NCBI GenBank assembly: GCA_034003985.1
Contig: JAVEXP010000002.1
Span: 144,789 to 208,788 of the forward strand
Length of the DNA stretch: 64,000 nt
Origin: Patescibacteria group bacterium
GTDB taxonomy: Bacteria; Patescibacteriota; Patescibacteriia; Buchananbacterales; UBA6539
Reading direction: 5' to 3'
In this document: positions 26,959 through 36,418 of the stretch, piece by piece
How the letters are laid out: each line of letters opens with the position of its first letter
How positions within the stretch are numbered: the first letter of the stretch is position 1
Position numbers and translations under genes: made by a program
The notes under the pieces: model-generated
Told to the model about the DNA's origin: nothing
Databases searched by the model: none
What the model saw: the letters and a program-made list of their open reading frames with translations, nothing else

Positions 26959-28500
26959 ATGACCGCCAAGATTTGGACTAAAAATTGGGAAATCAGGCGA
27001 GTTAGTTTTTTGCTCTCGCACGAAGCGCCCGAATCGTTTCTCAAACTGCAGAATCTTTATTTTGGCTCTAAAATTCTTACTCAAATCATTTGGGTAAACG
27101 AAAATCAAGATAATACCGCCACCTATTTTTTAAAGCCTGAACTGCGCCGGGCGATTGACGCCACTTTTGATTTGGTTGTTAATAATCCCGGCAAGGTTTC
27201 CCAAATTCACCGCCAAGCCATTGAACATAACCGCGACCTTTTCCGATTATTAAAAAAGACCCAGTCGGTTAATCTGGCTAAATTTTCCAACCAACAATTG
27301 GCTTTGCTCTATTCCAGAATTTTTAAAAAGATTCAGCTGGCCCATGGCTCCAGTTTTTACTCCACTTACTTGGTAGATGCCGATGGTGAAGACCTGACAA
27401 ATTATTTGATTAATAAAGTCCGCCAAAGAATTATTGAGCTTAAACTTAAGCTTAATTTTGCTGAAGTTTTCAGCCTATTGACCACCCCAACCAGGATTAA
27501 TTTGGAACAACTGGAAAACCGTCAATTTCTGGCGGTATTGAGCGATATTACCGCTGATTCCCAAGCTAAAAAATTATTCTTGGGGAATTTGCCTGATCAA
27601 ATTGAAAAGAAATTAAACGAATTGGACCCGCGGTTAAAGAGAAAAATTGTTAATCACCATCGGCGCTGGCAGTGGATTCCTTATGATTATTTAGGCCCAG
27701 CTTATGAACTTGGTTACTATTTAGAAATTTGGCGAGGGTTATTAAAACAAAAAATAAATATTAACAAAGAGATTGCCAAACTGGTTAATGGCCGTGATGA
27801 AATCAGGAAACAAAAAAATAAATTATTTAAACAGTTGGAGTTTAACCGTTATGACCGTCAAATTTTTGATTTGGCCAGTGAAATCGTTTGGCTTAAATCA
27901 TGGCGCAAAGAGGTTTTATTTTTTGCCAGTTTTATTGTTGATAAAGTTTATCAAGAGCTGGCCAGGCGCTGTCATATTTCGTTCAATCAAGCTAGGCACT
28001 TGACTAATATCGAGGTGGCCCAAGTTTTATCGGGCAAGGTTGTGCCGATTAATGAGTTAAATCAAAGAATAAAATTTGTCGTTATTCATTTTAAATCTTT
28101 CAGCAAACGGATAATGACTGGGGCAACGGCCAAAAAGTTTATGGCCACTCAGCATTTTGAAAAAATAAAGATTGTTGATGCTAAGGAGTTGAAAGGCACC
28201 CCGGCTTGTCCGGGTAAAGTCAAGGGTTTAGTCAAAATTGTCAATGTGCCAGATGAAATGTCTAAAATGAAATCCGGTAATATAATGGTGGCCCATTCGA
28301 CTTATCCTTCTTTGGTGCCGGCCATGAAAAAGGCCGGCGCGATTATTACCGAAGACGGCGGTTTAACCTGCCATGCGGCGATTGTGGCCCGAGAGTTAAA
28401 AATCCCTTGCGTGGTTGGAACCAGGATTGCCGCTAAAGTCTTGAAAGACGGTGATATGGTTGAAGTTGACGCCACCAATGGTATAATAAAAAAAGTATGA
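26959..28500 (+). CDS. paralog 6 with C-terminal phosphohistidine swivel domain
   Basis: 513 aa; starts 7 nt after the ATP-grasp gene. 'GNIMVAHSTYPSLVPAMKKAGAIITEDGGLTCHAAIVARELKIPCVVGT'; shares 'LTTPTRINL' and 'HHRRWQWIPYDY' with the other paralogs. Confidence 0.8.
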   Translation: MTAKIWTKNWEIRRVSFLLSHEAPESFLKLQNLYFGSKILTQIIWVNENQDNTATYFLKPELRRAIDATFDLVVNNPGKVSQIHRQAIEHNRDLFRLLKKTQSVNLAKFSNQQLALLYSRIFKKIQLAHGSSFYSTYLVDADGEDLTNYLINKVRQRIIELKLKLNFAEVFSLLTTPTRINLEQLENRQFLAVLSDITADSQAKKLFLGNLPDQIEKKLNELDPRLKRKIVNHHRRWQWIPYDYLGPAYELGYYLEIWRGLLKQKININKEIAKLVNGRDEIRKQKNKLFKQLEFNRYDRQIFDLASEIVWLKSWRKEVLFFASFIVDKVYQELARRCHISFNQARHLTNIEVAQVLSGKVVPINELNQRIKFVVIHFKSFSKRIMTGATAKKFMATQHFEKIKIVDAKELKGTPACPGKVKGLVKIVNVPDEMSKMKSGNIMVAHSTYPSLVPAMKKAGAIITEDGGLTCHAAIVARELKIPCVVGTRIAAKVLKDGDMVEVDATNGIIKKV

Positions 28501-28769
28501 AGCGTTTAACTTTAACGATCCATGGCTTGGTCCAAGGCGTCGGTTACCGTTACATGAGTCAAAATGAGGCCAAAAAAAGGGGTTTTACCGGTTATGTGAC
28601 CAATCATAATGACGGCGGGGTGATTTTGGTAGCCGAAGGGGAAGAAGAGGACTTGAAAAAATTCAAAGAATGGTGCTATAATGGAGTTGGACCAGCAATG
28701 GTCAAAAAAATCGAAATGGACTGGTCGGGCGCGACTGGTGAATTTTCTGATTTTGTTATAAAATTCTAG
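28497..28769 (+). CDS. acyP: acylphosphatase
   Basis: 90 aa. 'LTIHGLVQGVGYRYMSQNEAKKRGFTGYVTNHNDGGVILVAEGEEEDLKKFKEWC' matches the acylphosphatase signatures (V-x-G-x-V-Q-G-V-x-F/Y-R and G-x-V-x-N-x-x-D-G-x-V). ATGA overlap with paralog 6. Confidence 0.85.
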   Translation: MKRLTLTIHGLVQGVGYRYMSQNEAKKRGFTGYVTNHNDGGVILVAEGEEEDLKKFKEWCYNGVGPAMVKKIEMDWSGATGEFSDFVIKF

Positions 28770-28788
28770 AGTTACCATTAACGAACTT

Positions 28789-29241
28789 ATGAAGAAATCA
28801 ATGAAGGTAGTTTTATTGAAAAATGTTGATAATTTGGGTCATGTTGGTGATGTTAAGGAAGTGGCCCTGGGTTATGCCAGGAATTTTTTGATTCCCAAAG
28901 GTTTGGCTACTGAAGCTACTCCCAAAGCCATTGAAGAGGTTGAAACAAACAAAGCCAAGATGGCCAAGCAGGCTGAAGATGATTTGGCTAATGCCGAAAA
29001 GCTGGCTCAAAGGCTTGAAGGTCAGACCGTGGAGATATCGGCCAAGGCATCGGACGAAGGAACATTATACGCGGCTGTATCAGCCGCCAAGGTCGCTTCG
29101 GCGCTTAAGGACAAGGGTTTTGAAGTTAATAAAAATCAGATTAACGCCGGCCATATCAAAGAGATTGGTGAACATGAATTGGTTGTTAATCTTGACCATG
29201 GTTTGGAAGCCAGGATTACTTTAGTCATTAACTCGGAGTAA
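28789..29241 (+). CDS. rplI: 50S ribosomal protein L9
   Basis: 150 aa. 'MKVVLLKNVDNLGHVGDVKEVALGYARNFLIPKGLA' is the canonical L9 N-domain. Confidence 0.9.
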   Translation: MKKSMKVVLLKNVDNLGHVGDVKEVALGYARNFLIPKGLATEATPKAIEEVETNKAKMAKQAEDDLANAEKLAQRLEGQTVEISAKASDEGTLYAAVSAAKVASALKDKGFEVNKNQINAGHIKEIGEHELVVNLDHGLEARITLVINSE

Positions 29242-29277
29242 ATGTATCTAATTTGGTTTGGTTTTAAAATTAAGCAG

Positions 29278-29298
29278 CCCCGTTAACGCGGGGTTTTT
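29278..29298 (+). terminator. rho-independent terminator after rplI (CCCCG/CGGGG stem + T5)
   Basis: 'CCCCGTTAACGCGGGGTTTTT', 37 nt after the rplI stop. Confidence 0.5.
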
Positions 29299-29392
29299 AG
29301 CTGATTAATTTTTGGATTACTGGGTTTTGGCGGTTAGTTTCAACTGTTTAGCCGCCAGAACCTAAAATCTAAAATCTAAGATTTAAAAAATT

Positions 29393-31027
29393 ATGGCTAA
29401 GTTTATTTTTGTGATGGGTGGGGTAATGTCCGGCGTTGGTAAAGGCGTTACTTCCGCTTCAATCGGAAAAATTTTACAGTCGCGCGGTTATAAAGTGACG
29501 GCCATCAAAATTGATCCCTACATTAATGTTGATGCCGGTACTATGAATCCGACCGAGCACGGCGAAGTTTTTGTTACTGATGATGGCGATGAAACCGACC
29601 AAGATATCGGTAATTACGAACGGTTTTTAAACACCGATATTCTGCGGGTCAACTATATGACTACGGGTCGGGTTTATCAGTCGGTGATTCAGCGCGAGCG
29701 TAATCTGGAGTATGGTGGTAAATGTGTGGAAGTGGTACCTCATATTCCCGAAGAAGTGATCAGGCGAATCAAGACCGCTACTCAAAAGGCCAAGGCCGAT
29801 ATTACCATCATTGAGGTTGGGGGAACGGTTGGGGAATACCAAAATATTTTGTTTTTGGAAGCTGGCCGGTTGATGCATTACAAGAATCCGCAAGATGTTT
29901 TGTTCGTTTTGGTCAGTTATTTGCCGGTCCCTGGCACTTTGGGCGAGATGAAAACCAAGCCTACTCAGTATGCGGTTAATCAGGTTAACGCTGCCGGCAT
30001 CCAGCCAGATTTTATTATCGCCCGTTCAATTCAGCCGATTGACGAACCGCGACGCAAGAAAATTTCGACTTTTTGCAATGTCGCCAAACAGGATGTTATT
30101 TCCAATCCCGATGTGGAATCAATTTACGACATTCCGTTGATTTTGGAAAAAGAGCACCTGAGCGAAAAAATTCTTTATAAATTGGGCCTGAAGCCGAAAA
30201 AGACCAATATGAATGAATGGCGTAAAATGGTTCAGTCAATCAAGCGCAACAAACAGGTCGTTAAAATTGGGATTGTCGGAAAATATTTTGCTACCGGTGA
30301 TTTCATTTTGCCGGATTCTTATATTTCGGTGATTGAGGCGATTAAACACGGATCTTGGGTTAATAAAGTCAAGCCGGAAATTGATTGGATCAATTCCGAT
30401 GCTTACGAAAAAGACCGCAGTAAGTTGAAAGAATTAAAGAAATATGATGGCATCATTGTTCCCGGCGGCTTTGGTTCTCGGGGCATTGAAGGTAAAATTT
30501 TAGCGATCAAATATGCGCGGGAAAATAATATTCCTTTCCTTGGCCTTTGCTATGGGATGCAGTTGGCTACTATTGAGTTTGCCCGCAATGTCGCTAAATT
30601 AACCGGCGCGGCCAGTACGGAATTCAAACCCAACACCAAACATCCGGTTATTCATATTATGCCCGATCAAGCCAAGAAATTGGCTGAAAAGAACTATGGT
30701 AATACTATGCGTCTTGGCGCTTATCCGGCGATTTTGGACAAAGATTCGGCCAGCGCCAAATTTTATGGTAAGCGCCAGATTAGCGAACGACATCGTCATC
30801 GCTATGAATTCAATAATGATTATCGCGCTCGTTTGATCAAGAAAGGTTTGGTTTTAGCCGGACTTTCGCCGGACAAGACACTGGTGGAGATTATTGAATT
30901 GAAGAATCACCCTTTCTTTGTTGGCACGCAGTTTCACCCGGAATTAAAATCGCGGCCGTTGAATCCTCATCCGTTATTCAAAGGCCTATTGACCGCCGCC
31001 AAGAAAAGATCCCTGGTTAAGAAGTAA
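29393..31027 (+). CDS. pyrG: CTP synthase
   Basis: 544 aa. 'KFIFVMGGVMSGVGKG' is the P-loop-like N-terminus. The glutamine amidotransferase triad region 'GLCYGMQ' and 'HRHRYEFN' is present. Confidence 0.95.
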   Translation: MAKFIFVMGGVMSGVGKGVTSASIGKILQSRGYKVTAIKIDPYINVDAGTMNPTEHGEVFVTDDGDETDQDIGNYERFLNTDILRVNYMTTGRVYQSVIQRERNLEYGGKCVEVVPHIPEEVIRRIKTATQKAKADITIIEVGGTVGEYQNILFLEAGRLMHYKNPQDVLFVLVSYLPVPGTLGEMKTKPTQYAVNQVNAAGIQPDFIIARSIQPIDEPRRKKISTFCNVAKQDVISNPDVESIYDIPLILEKEHLSEKILYKLGLKPKKTNMNEWRKMVQSIKRNKQVVKIGIVGKYFATGDFILPDSYISVIEAIKHGSWVNKVKPEIDWINSDAYEKDRSKLKELKKYDGIIVPGGFGSRGIEGKILAIKYARENNIPFLGLCYGMQLATIEFARNVAKLTGAASTEFKPNTKHPVIHIMPDQAKKLAEKNYGNTMRLGAYPAILDKDSASAKFYGKRQISERHRHRYEFNNDYRARLIKKGLVLAGLSPDKTLVEIIELKNHPFFVGTQFHPELKSRPLNPHPLFKGLLTAAKKRSLVKK

Positions 31028-31125
31028 TAAAAAGGTTAATAGCTTCTACTTTTTACGATTTTTATCCTAATAAAAAAACAGGATGTGAACTTAATTATTA
31101 ATTAAGCAGCCGCCCTGTTTTTTTA

Positions 31126-31407
31126 TTATTTTTTGGGGACAATGCTTACAAATTTCGCCCATTCAAGCTTGCCGGTAAATTTCTTTATTTTTTTTCTGGT
31201 GAATTTAACAACCCCGGATTTCAAAGCGTAAAGGGTGTCATCAGCGCCGATTTTGACATTCAATCCCGGTCTGATTTTGGTTCCGCGTTGGCGGAATATG
31301 ATATTGCCAGCCTTTGCCTCTTGGCCATCGTATAATTTGGCGCCCAAGCGTTTGGACTGGGAATCTCGGCCTAAACTTGTGGAACCACCGGCTTTCTTAT
31401 GTGCCAT
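31126..31407 (-). CDS. rpmA: 50S ribosomal protein L27
   Basis: 93 aa. '[29 protein letters not shown]...[15 protein letters not shown]' is canonical L27. Confidence 0.9.
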   Translation of the reverse strand: MAHKKAGGSTSLGRDSQSKRLGAKLYDGQEAKAGNIIFRQRGTKIRPGLNVKIGADDTLYALKSGVVKFTRKKIKKFTGKLEWAKFVSIVPKK

Positions 31408-31459
31408 GACGGTTATTGATTAAAAATTAACAATATTACTATAAACCATTGGTATTGAA

Positions 31460-32341
31460 TTGTCAAGATTTTTATCCCGAGGTATAATTGCAAATATGAA
31501 ATTTAAAGCAATTTTGGTTACAATTTTAATGGTTATTTTGACCGTCGGCTGCCAGTCTGATAATCGGGATTTAGTTGAACCGCTCCAAGAAAATTCAACT
31601 TCACTTGTCTCGACTGCTACCCCTGATATAGTTAATTCTCCTGCCGAAAAACCAGTCGTGGCTGATGTATCTGAATCGCCGTCCGAGCTACCGACGCAAT
31701 CTAAGTCCGTTGTCAGTCAACATGAACCAAGTTTATCAACTCCAAAAAATCTTGAATATCAGCTAGCTTTTGTCTCCCAGGCACCCTTTGGGGTGTGGGA
31801 TGAGCTCCATAAAGAAGCTTGCGAAGAAGCTTCGATGATTACGGTGGTCAAGTATTTTAAGTCGGAAATTTTGAATGCCCACACCATGGAGCAGGGCATT
31901 TTGGATCTGGTTAGCTGGGAGAAATCCCAGGGTTATCAAGTCGATCTGACTGCCCAAGAGGTGGTTGATATTTTGAATTCTCATTTTGATTTAGCAGCCG
32001 AATTAATTACCGTTGTTGATGTCTCGGTCGTCAAGGATCAGCTAACTAATGGCAAATTAGTAATCGTGCCGTTGGCTGGTCGGGTTCTTAATAATCCTTA
32101 TTTCCAAAATCCCGGGCCGATTTATCATATGTTAGTCATCAGGGGTTTTGATGACCAAAGCGCTGAATTTATTACTAACGAAGTCGGTACTAGAAGGGGA
32201 GACGGTTTCCGCTATGCTTATGGCCACCTTATTAATTCAATCCACGATTGGGATCATGACCTTGCCAAAGACGGTATGACCGATAACGAGATCAGTGGTA
32301 CCCCCAAGGCGATTATTAGTGTTGGTACTAAAATTGACTAA
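31460..32341 (+). CDS. lipoprotein with papain-like (peptidase C39-like) domain
   Basis: 293 aa. Lipobox-like 'LTVGC' follows a signal peptide. 'QAPFGVWDELHKEACEEASMITVVKYF' suggests a Cys-containing C39/BtrH-like fold. Later His/Asp candidates are 'YHMLVIRGFDD'. Confidence 0.45.
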   Translation: MSRFLSRGIIANMKFKAILVTILMVILTVGCQSDNRDLVEPLQENSTSLVSTATPDIVNSPAEKPVVADVSESPSELPTQSKSVVSQHEPSLSTPKNLEYQLAFVSQAPFGVWDELHKEACEEASMITVVKYFKSEILNAHTMEQGILDLVSWEKSQGYQVDLTAQEVVDILNSHFDLAAELITVVDVSVVKDQLTNGKLVIVPLAGRVLNNPYFQNPGPIYHMLVIRGFDDQSAEFITNEVGTRRGDGFRYAYGHLINSIHDWDHDLAKDGMTDNEISGTPKAIISVGTKID

Positions 32342-32500
32342 CCAATTTTTTTCTAAAATTTGAGGTTGGTTAAAAAATCCACCTGTCCCAAAGTTGATGA
32401 TGACAATTCTAGTTTGGTATTGGTTATTCAAAAGAAGATATTGCTAAAATTTTACCTTGAAGCGGTGCAGCCCCTCACCAATCGGTGGAGTTTAATTCGG

Positions 32501-32860
32501 TTAATCTATTCCCGGCACAGTTGGTCGATTTGAACCGGTATTTATTCCGAAGGGATTCTTTACTGCCGGCCAGTTAACTAACTGGCTGTTTTTGTCTACT
32601 TTTTGTTCTAATGATTGAAGAGCTTTGTTGAATTTGTCGACATCAACGGTATAGGGCGAAACTTCACTTCGGAGAACAATAATTTGTTGTGATTGAGTGA
32701 TGGTTTGGTAGAAGTCTTTGTAGAGAAACCAACCTAAAAAGGCCAAAACAATGACAAAAGACGCTAAAATGATCATGGCGATGAGCTTGGTCGATAAAAA
32801 TTTTTTGGCGGCGGTATAGGGTATTTTTTTTATCTTCATATAATTAATTTGTTTCCTCAA
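32501..32860 (-). CDS. small bitopic membrane protein, likely pilus-assembly accessory (PilP-like position)
   Basis: 119 aa with a single TM helix. It is the last gene of the minus-strand pilM/N/O operon and overlaps the pilO stop. Confidence 0.35.
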   Translation of the reverse strand: MRKQINYMKIKKIPYTAAKKFLSTKLIAMIILASFVIVLAFLGWFLYKDFYQTITQSQQIIVLRSEVSPYTVDVDKFNKALQSLEQKVDKNSQLVNWPAVKNPFGINTGSNRPTVPGID

Positions 32861-33383
32861 TTAATTGTCGGCCGAATACTAAGCCGCTGAAGGTGGCGGT
32901 TATCATCTCCCGGTCGCTGGTTATTCTGAGGTCAGAAATATTGAAATAATATTTTAACATTTGAAGATCATTTAGATAACCCATTACTTGATGGAAATTG
33001 CCGCTGACCGTTATTTTTAATGGAATGTGCTTGATTCCTTTCTTTTCCTCAGTATTTTTGATTTGGAGATCAAGATTTTGTCTGACTCCGTTATTATCGG
33101 CCAAGTCTTCCAAGATTGATACAAATTTTAATTCTTCTCCATCTTTAATGAATATCTCATCCAGAATGTCTTGCTGCGGTTTGATTGCTTCAAAATCGCT
33201 GACCGTCTTTTTTAATAACTGTCCACGAAGGTATTTTTTTTCCAATTCGATTCGTTCTTGATAAATACTGTTGCTGATATTTTTGATGTCGTTAACCGTC
33301 GGAACAATAATAAATAAAATTATGACGGTAATAAATACCAGCACGGCAATCATGGAAATGGTAATTTTTAATTTGAAATTCAT
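32844..33383 (-). CDS. pilO: type IV pilus assembly protein PilO-like
   Basis: 179 aa with an N-terminal TM, a coiled-coil segment, then an alpha/beta domain. It follows PilN in operon order. Confidence 0.6.
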   Translation of the reverse strand: MNFKLKITISMIAVLVFITVIILFIIVPTVNDIKNISNSIYQERIELEKKYLRGQLLKKTVSDFEAIKPQQDILDEIFIKDGEELKFVSILEDLADNNGVRQNLDLQIKNTEEKKGIKHIPLKITVSGNFHQVMGYLNDLQMLKYYFNISDLRITSDREMITATFSGLVFGRQLIEETN

Positions 33384-33943
33384 AAATTCTTAATTTTGTT
33401 TGTGTCAATTTCCGCGCTAATATCGAAATTGATATTTTCTTTGTTTAGCAGGCTTTCTAGCGGAACATCTACTTTGTCAATGATTTCATAATTTTTAAGA
33501 TTGTTTTCAAATTGCAAAAGATCCTGCCGGCTTTGGGCGAACCCCGCGATTTTGATTGATTGGCCGTCGGCATTTAACCCGATGCTGTAGATGATTATGT
33601 TGTCGGGAATTTTTTCGACCAATTGGGCGATAAAATTGGTCCAAGGTATGTAATTTTTTTGAATTTCACTTACGGCCGACAATTGACTGTTGAATTTTTC
33701 CATTTCCCGGTTTGATATTTTTCCGTATTTTGTAGTTAGGGTGTAATCGGAAACCAGGTTATTGAAGCTATTTTGTAAGATTGCTTTGGCAACAAGCAGA
33801 ATAATAGCTATTGTTACCGTGAATAATAGAAAAACTATGGTTAAATTTTTAATAACAATATAAAACTGACGAAGGGATATTTCTTTTTTTTCCAACGGTG
33901 GTATTAAATTTAGGGCAATCATACAATATCGCCTTTCTGCCAA
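33380..33943 (-). CDS. pilN: type IV pilus assembly protein PilN
   Basis: 187 aa. The N-terminal 'ALNLIPPLEKKE' matches the PilN hallmark 'INLLP' motif, followed by a TM helix. Overlaps the pilM stop. Confidence 0.7.
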   Translation of the reverse strand: MAERRYCMIALNLIPPLEKKEISLRQFYIVIKNLTIVFLLFTVTIAIILLVAKAILQNSFNNLVSDYTLTTKYGKISNREMEKFNSQLSAVSEIQKNYIPWTNFIAQLVEKIPDNIIIYSIGLNADGQSIKIAGFAQSRQDLLQFENNLKNYEIIDKVDVPLESLLNKENINFDISAEIDTNKIKNL

Positions 33944-34998
33944 GCTCGGAGAGCTAGGCCGATGGCCGTGGTATAGGATTTTATTTTTTTGTCATCAAGT
34001 TCTAGTTTTTTATTAATCGCAGTATTGGTCAGCGGGTTGCCAATAGTGGCTGGCAATTTCAGTTTAGTTGACAAAATTTTATCAATATCTAATAAGTTAG
34101 CCCCACCGCCACAGATTATTATTTCCGCAATCGGGTTAGCCTGAGGAAAATTGGACTGATAGTAGGTTATTGATTTTTTAATATGGGTAGTTAAATTATC
34201 AATTGATGACATTAATATTTTTAGGATTGCGCCTTCACATTTTTTTTGATCCAGTCCGCAGACGATTTTGGCCTGATCAGCTTTTTTGTAGTCGATTTTT
34301 AGAGTTTTGGCAATGGTTTCTGAAATTTTATTGCCCGATATCGGTAAGCTAACGGTAAATTGAACCGTGCCCTGATCGTAGACAATTAAACCGCTCCTGG
34401 CGGCCCCAAAATCAATAATCAGCTTGGCAATGTTTTGGCCACTCTTTATTTGTTCTTTTTCGTTGATGATTGATCGAATAATCGCGATTGCTTCAATCTC
34501 TAAAGCCAGTGGTATTAGTCCCGATTTTTTTATCAGTTTTAAATAGCTTTCGGAAATATCTTTCGGAGTGGCCCCGGCCAAAATTTGGGCGCTAGAGCCA
34601 TTTTGTTTTAGGATTTTCCAGTCCAAGTAGATTTCGTCGATAGCCAGGGGGATATGGTTTTGAATTTCGGTTAGAACATCACCATCGGCCAAATCTTTTT
34701 TACCGCCAAGATTGGCGACATTAATCATCTTAACAAAAGTTTTCTGCTCCGGCAGAACGGCGATGACATTTTTAGTGACGATTTTATCGCCCTTGGCTTC
34801 TTTAATCAGTTTATCAATTTTTAGTGAAACCTTTTCTGGCTCAATAATTTCACCGCCATCAATTATCCCTGGTTCAAGTGTTAATTCATTGTACGACGAT
34901 ACTGTCAGGCCGCTGCCTTTCTTTTTAATTTGAACCAACCTTAGCGCGCGATCGCTGATGTCAAGGCCAAAAGCGTTATTGGATAAATCCCAAAGCAT
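33919..34998 (-). CDS. pilM: type IV pilus assembly protein PilM (actin-like ATPase fold)
   Basis: 359 aa. The N-terminus 'FGLDISDRALRLVQIKKKG' matches PilM 'iGiDiGs..ik.v'. ASKHA-like motifs 'IIDFGAARSGL' and 'IICGGGANL' are present. Confidence 0.8.
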   Translation of the reverse strand: MLWDLSNNAFGLDISDRALRLVQIKKKGSGLTVSSYNELTLEPGIIDGGEIIEPEKVSLKIDKLIKEAKGDKIVTKNVIAVLPEQKTFVKMINVANLGGKKDLADGDVLTEIQNHIPLAIDEIYLDWKILKQNGSSAQILAGATPKDISESYLKLIKKSGLIPLALEIEAIAIIRSIINEKEQIKSGQNIAKLIIDFGAARSGLIVYDQGTVQFTVSLPISGNKISETIAKTLKIDYKKADQAKIVCGLDQKKCEGAILKILMSSIDNLTTHIKKSITYYQSNFPQANPIAEIIICGGGANLLDIDKILSTKLKLPATIGNPLTNTAINKKLELDDKKIKSYTTAIGLALRAWQKGDIV

Positions 34999-35003
34999 AT
35001 TAA

Positions 35004-36416
35004 TTAGTATGTTTCATTATCGAATATTTCTTCCCATGATATAAATTGGTATTCGCCGGTTGTCGGAAAAAATGGCGGCGGGGCATACAGGGTGTTAGGG
35101 TCATAAATATAGTTACGATTGTTGTAGCCACTTGATCCGCTGTCCATGTAAGGTGTTAAGTAGCTGATGGTGGTACCGTATAAGGTGAATTGATCCCTGA
35201 CTGTTGTTGAACCGCATTGGAATGTCGAACCATAATCGGGACGATAACGCCGACCATTTTTAGCTATCAAGACCGCGTCAATTTCTAAGTCATTCTCGGA
35301 ATAAAGGCCAATGACGACATTTCGTTGGGCGATCAGACCAATAACATCCAAACCTTCTTTGTCGGTATAAAGCAAATCATTATTAAGGAAAATATCAGCT
35401 GTCCCCGTATCTAGTGGTTCTTTGGCAGCCACTACCGTCACCCGGTTGCCGTTTACCGTCCCGTCTACCCAGGCATTATCTTTGACGAAAATCAGACCAT
35501 TTTCCGGGATAGCAGTCGTAGTCCAGTCGTTTTGATATGAACTTATGCCGCCGGTTTTTTCGCCGTTGCAGTTTCCGGTAGCGCTGGCAACTTTTCGGTA
35601 ACGAAATGTTTCATTGCCCAAGAATTGAATATGGTAACCCTGGTAGCCTGAACTTTCAAGCAGAATGCCATCTGAGTCAGCGTGAGTTTCCATGGTATTC
35701 AGATCCTGAGTAAAACCGGCGAAATCAACTGCCGGTACCGGAAACTCTTTGCCGGCTAGAAAGACGGACTCTTCATTGTATTGGCTGGTCCAAACCCCGT
35801 CGCGCCAGGAGCTGTTATACCAATATTCTTCCAGGGCGCTGCTGACGATATTGTGGGCTACTCCGTCGAATCTGATGCCGCCGTTGGAGTGGACCGGCCC
35901 AAATGTTTCCGATCCTTCACCATAATTCAGGTTGTCATTAACCACAGTAGTATATCTCGCCAATGACGGCCGACCAAGTAAGACGGCGATGTTTCTTTTG
36001 GTTCGGGGATAATTTTTTGCCCAGCCGGTTGATTTTATTTTAACAACAGTGGATCCGGGATAGCTGGGATCGGGCGGGGTGATACTGATTTCAAAATAAC
36101 CAAGCAGTCCGCCACCCGGATCATAATACTCGTGGCGGTACGGCCCGCAAGGGTAACATCCGGTTTCACCGGTGCCATCAGCGTAATCTTCCAAGGCGTG
36201 AGCTAAATGCCAGCGGTAGTAATTGGCGCCCGCTTCGGCAATTTGTAAAGCCAGTGCTTGAGCCTCTCTTTGATTGCTTAATTTTCCCTGTTGATTGACC
36301 AGTCCCATTAAGCCACCGGCGATTACCAAAAATACTGAGGTGAATACTAAAATCGTTATCAGTATACCACCTTTTTGTTCATTTTTCAAAATTTTTGGCA
36401 AGATTTTGATCGCCAT
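35004..36416 (-). CDS. pilus-associated protein with PilX-like N-terminal TM segment
   Basis: 470 aa. Hydrophobic N-terminus 'GGILITILVFTSVFLVIAGGLMGLV' followed by 'REAQALALQIAEAGANYY', as in PilX_N family proteins. There is no canonical G|FTxxE prepilin site. Confidence 0.4.
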   Translation of the reverse strand: MAIKILPKILKNEQKGGILITILVFTSVFLVIAGGLMGLVNQQGKLSNQREAQALALQIAEAGANYYRWHLAHALEDYADGTGETGCYPCGPYRHEYYDPGGGLLGYFEISITPPDPSYPGSTVVKIKSTGWAKNYPRTKRNIAVLLGRPSLARYTTVVNDNLNYGEGSETFGPVHSNGGIRFDGVAHNIVSSALEEYWYNSSWRDGVWTSQYNEESVFLAGKEFPVPAVDFAGFTQDLNTMETHADSDGILLESSGYQGYHIQFLGNETFRYRKVASATGNCNGEKTGGISSYQNDWTTTAIPENGLIFVKDNAWVDGTVNGNRVTVVAAKEPLDTGTADIFLNNDLLYTDKEGLDVIGLIAQRNVVIGLYSENDLEIDAVLIAKNGRRYRPDYGSTFQCGSTTVRDQFTLYGTTISYLTPYMDSGSSGYNNRNYIYDPNTLYAPPPFFPTTGEYQFISWEEIFDNETY

Positions 36417-36418
36417 TG

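Noticed and set aside
29330-29358. Second hairpin (GGCGGTTAG...TTAGCCGCC) upstream of pyrG as a pyrG attenuator
   Set aside because: The stem is imperfect, with no following U-tract or recognisable anti-terminator alternative. Noted only as weak secondary structure.
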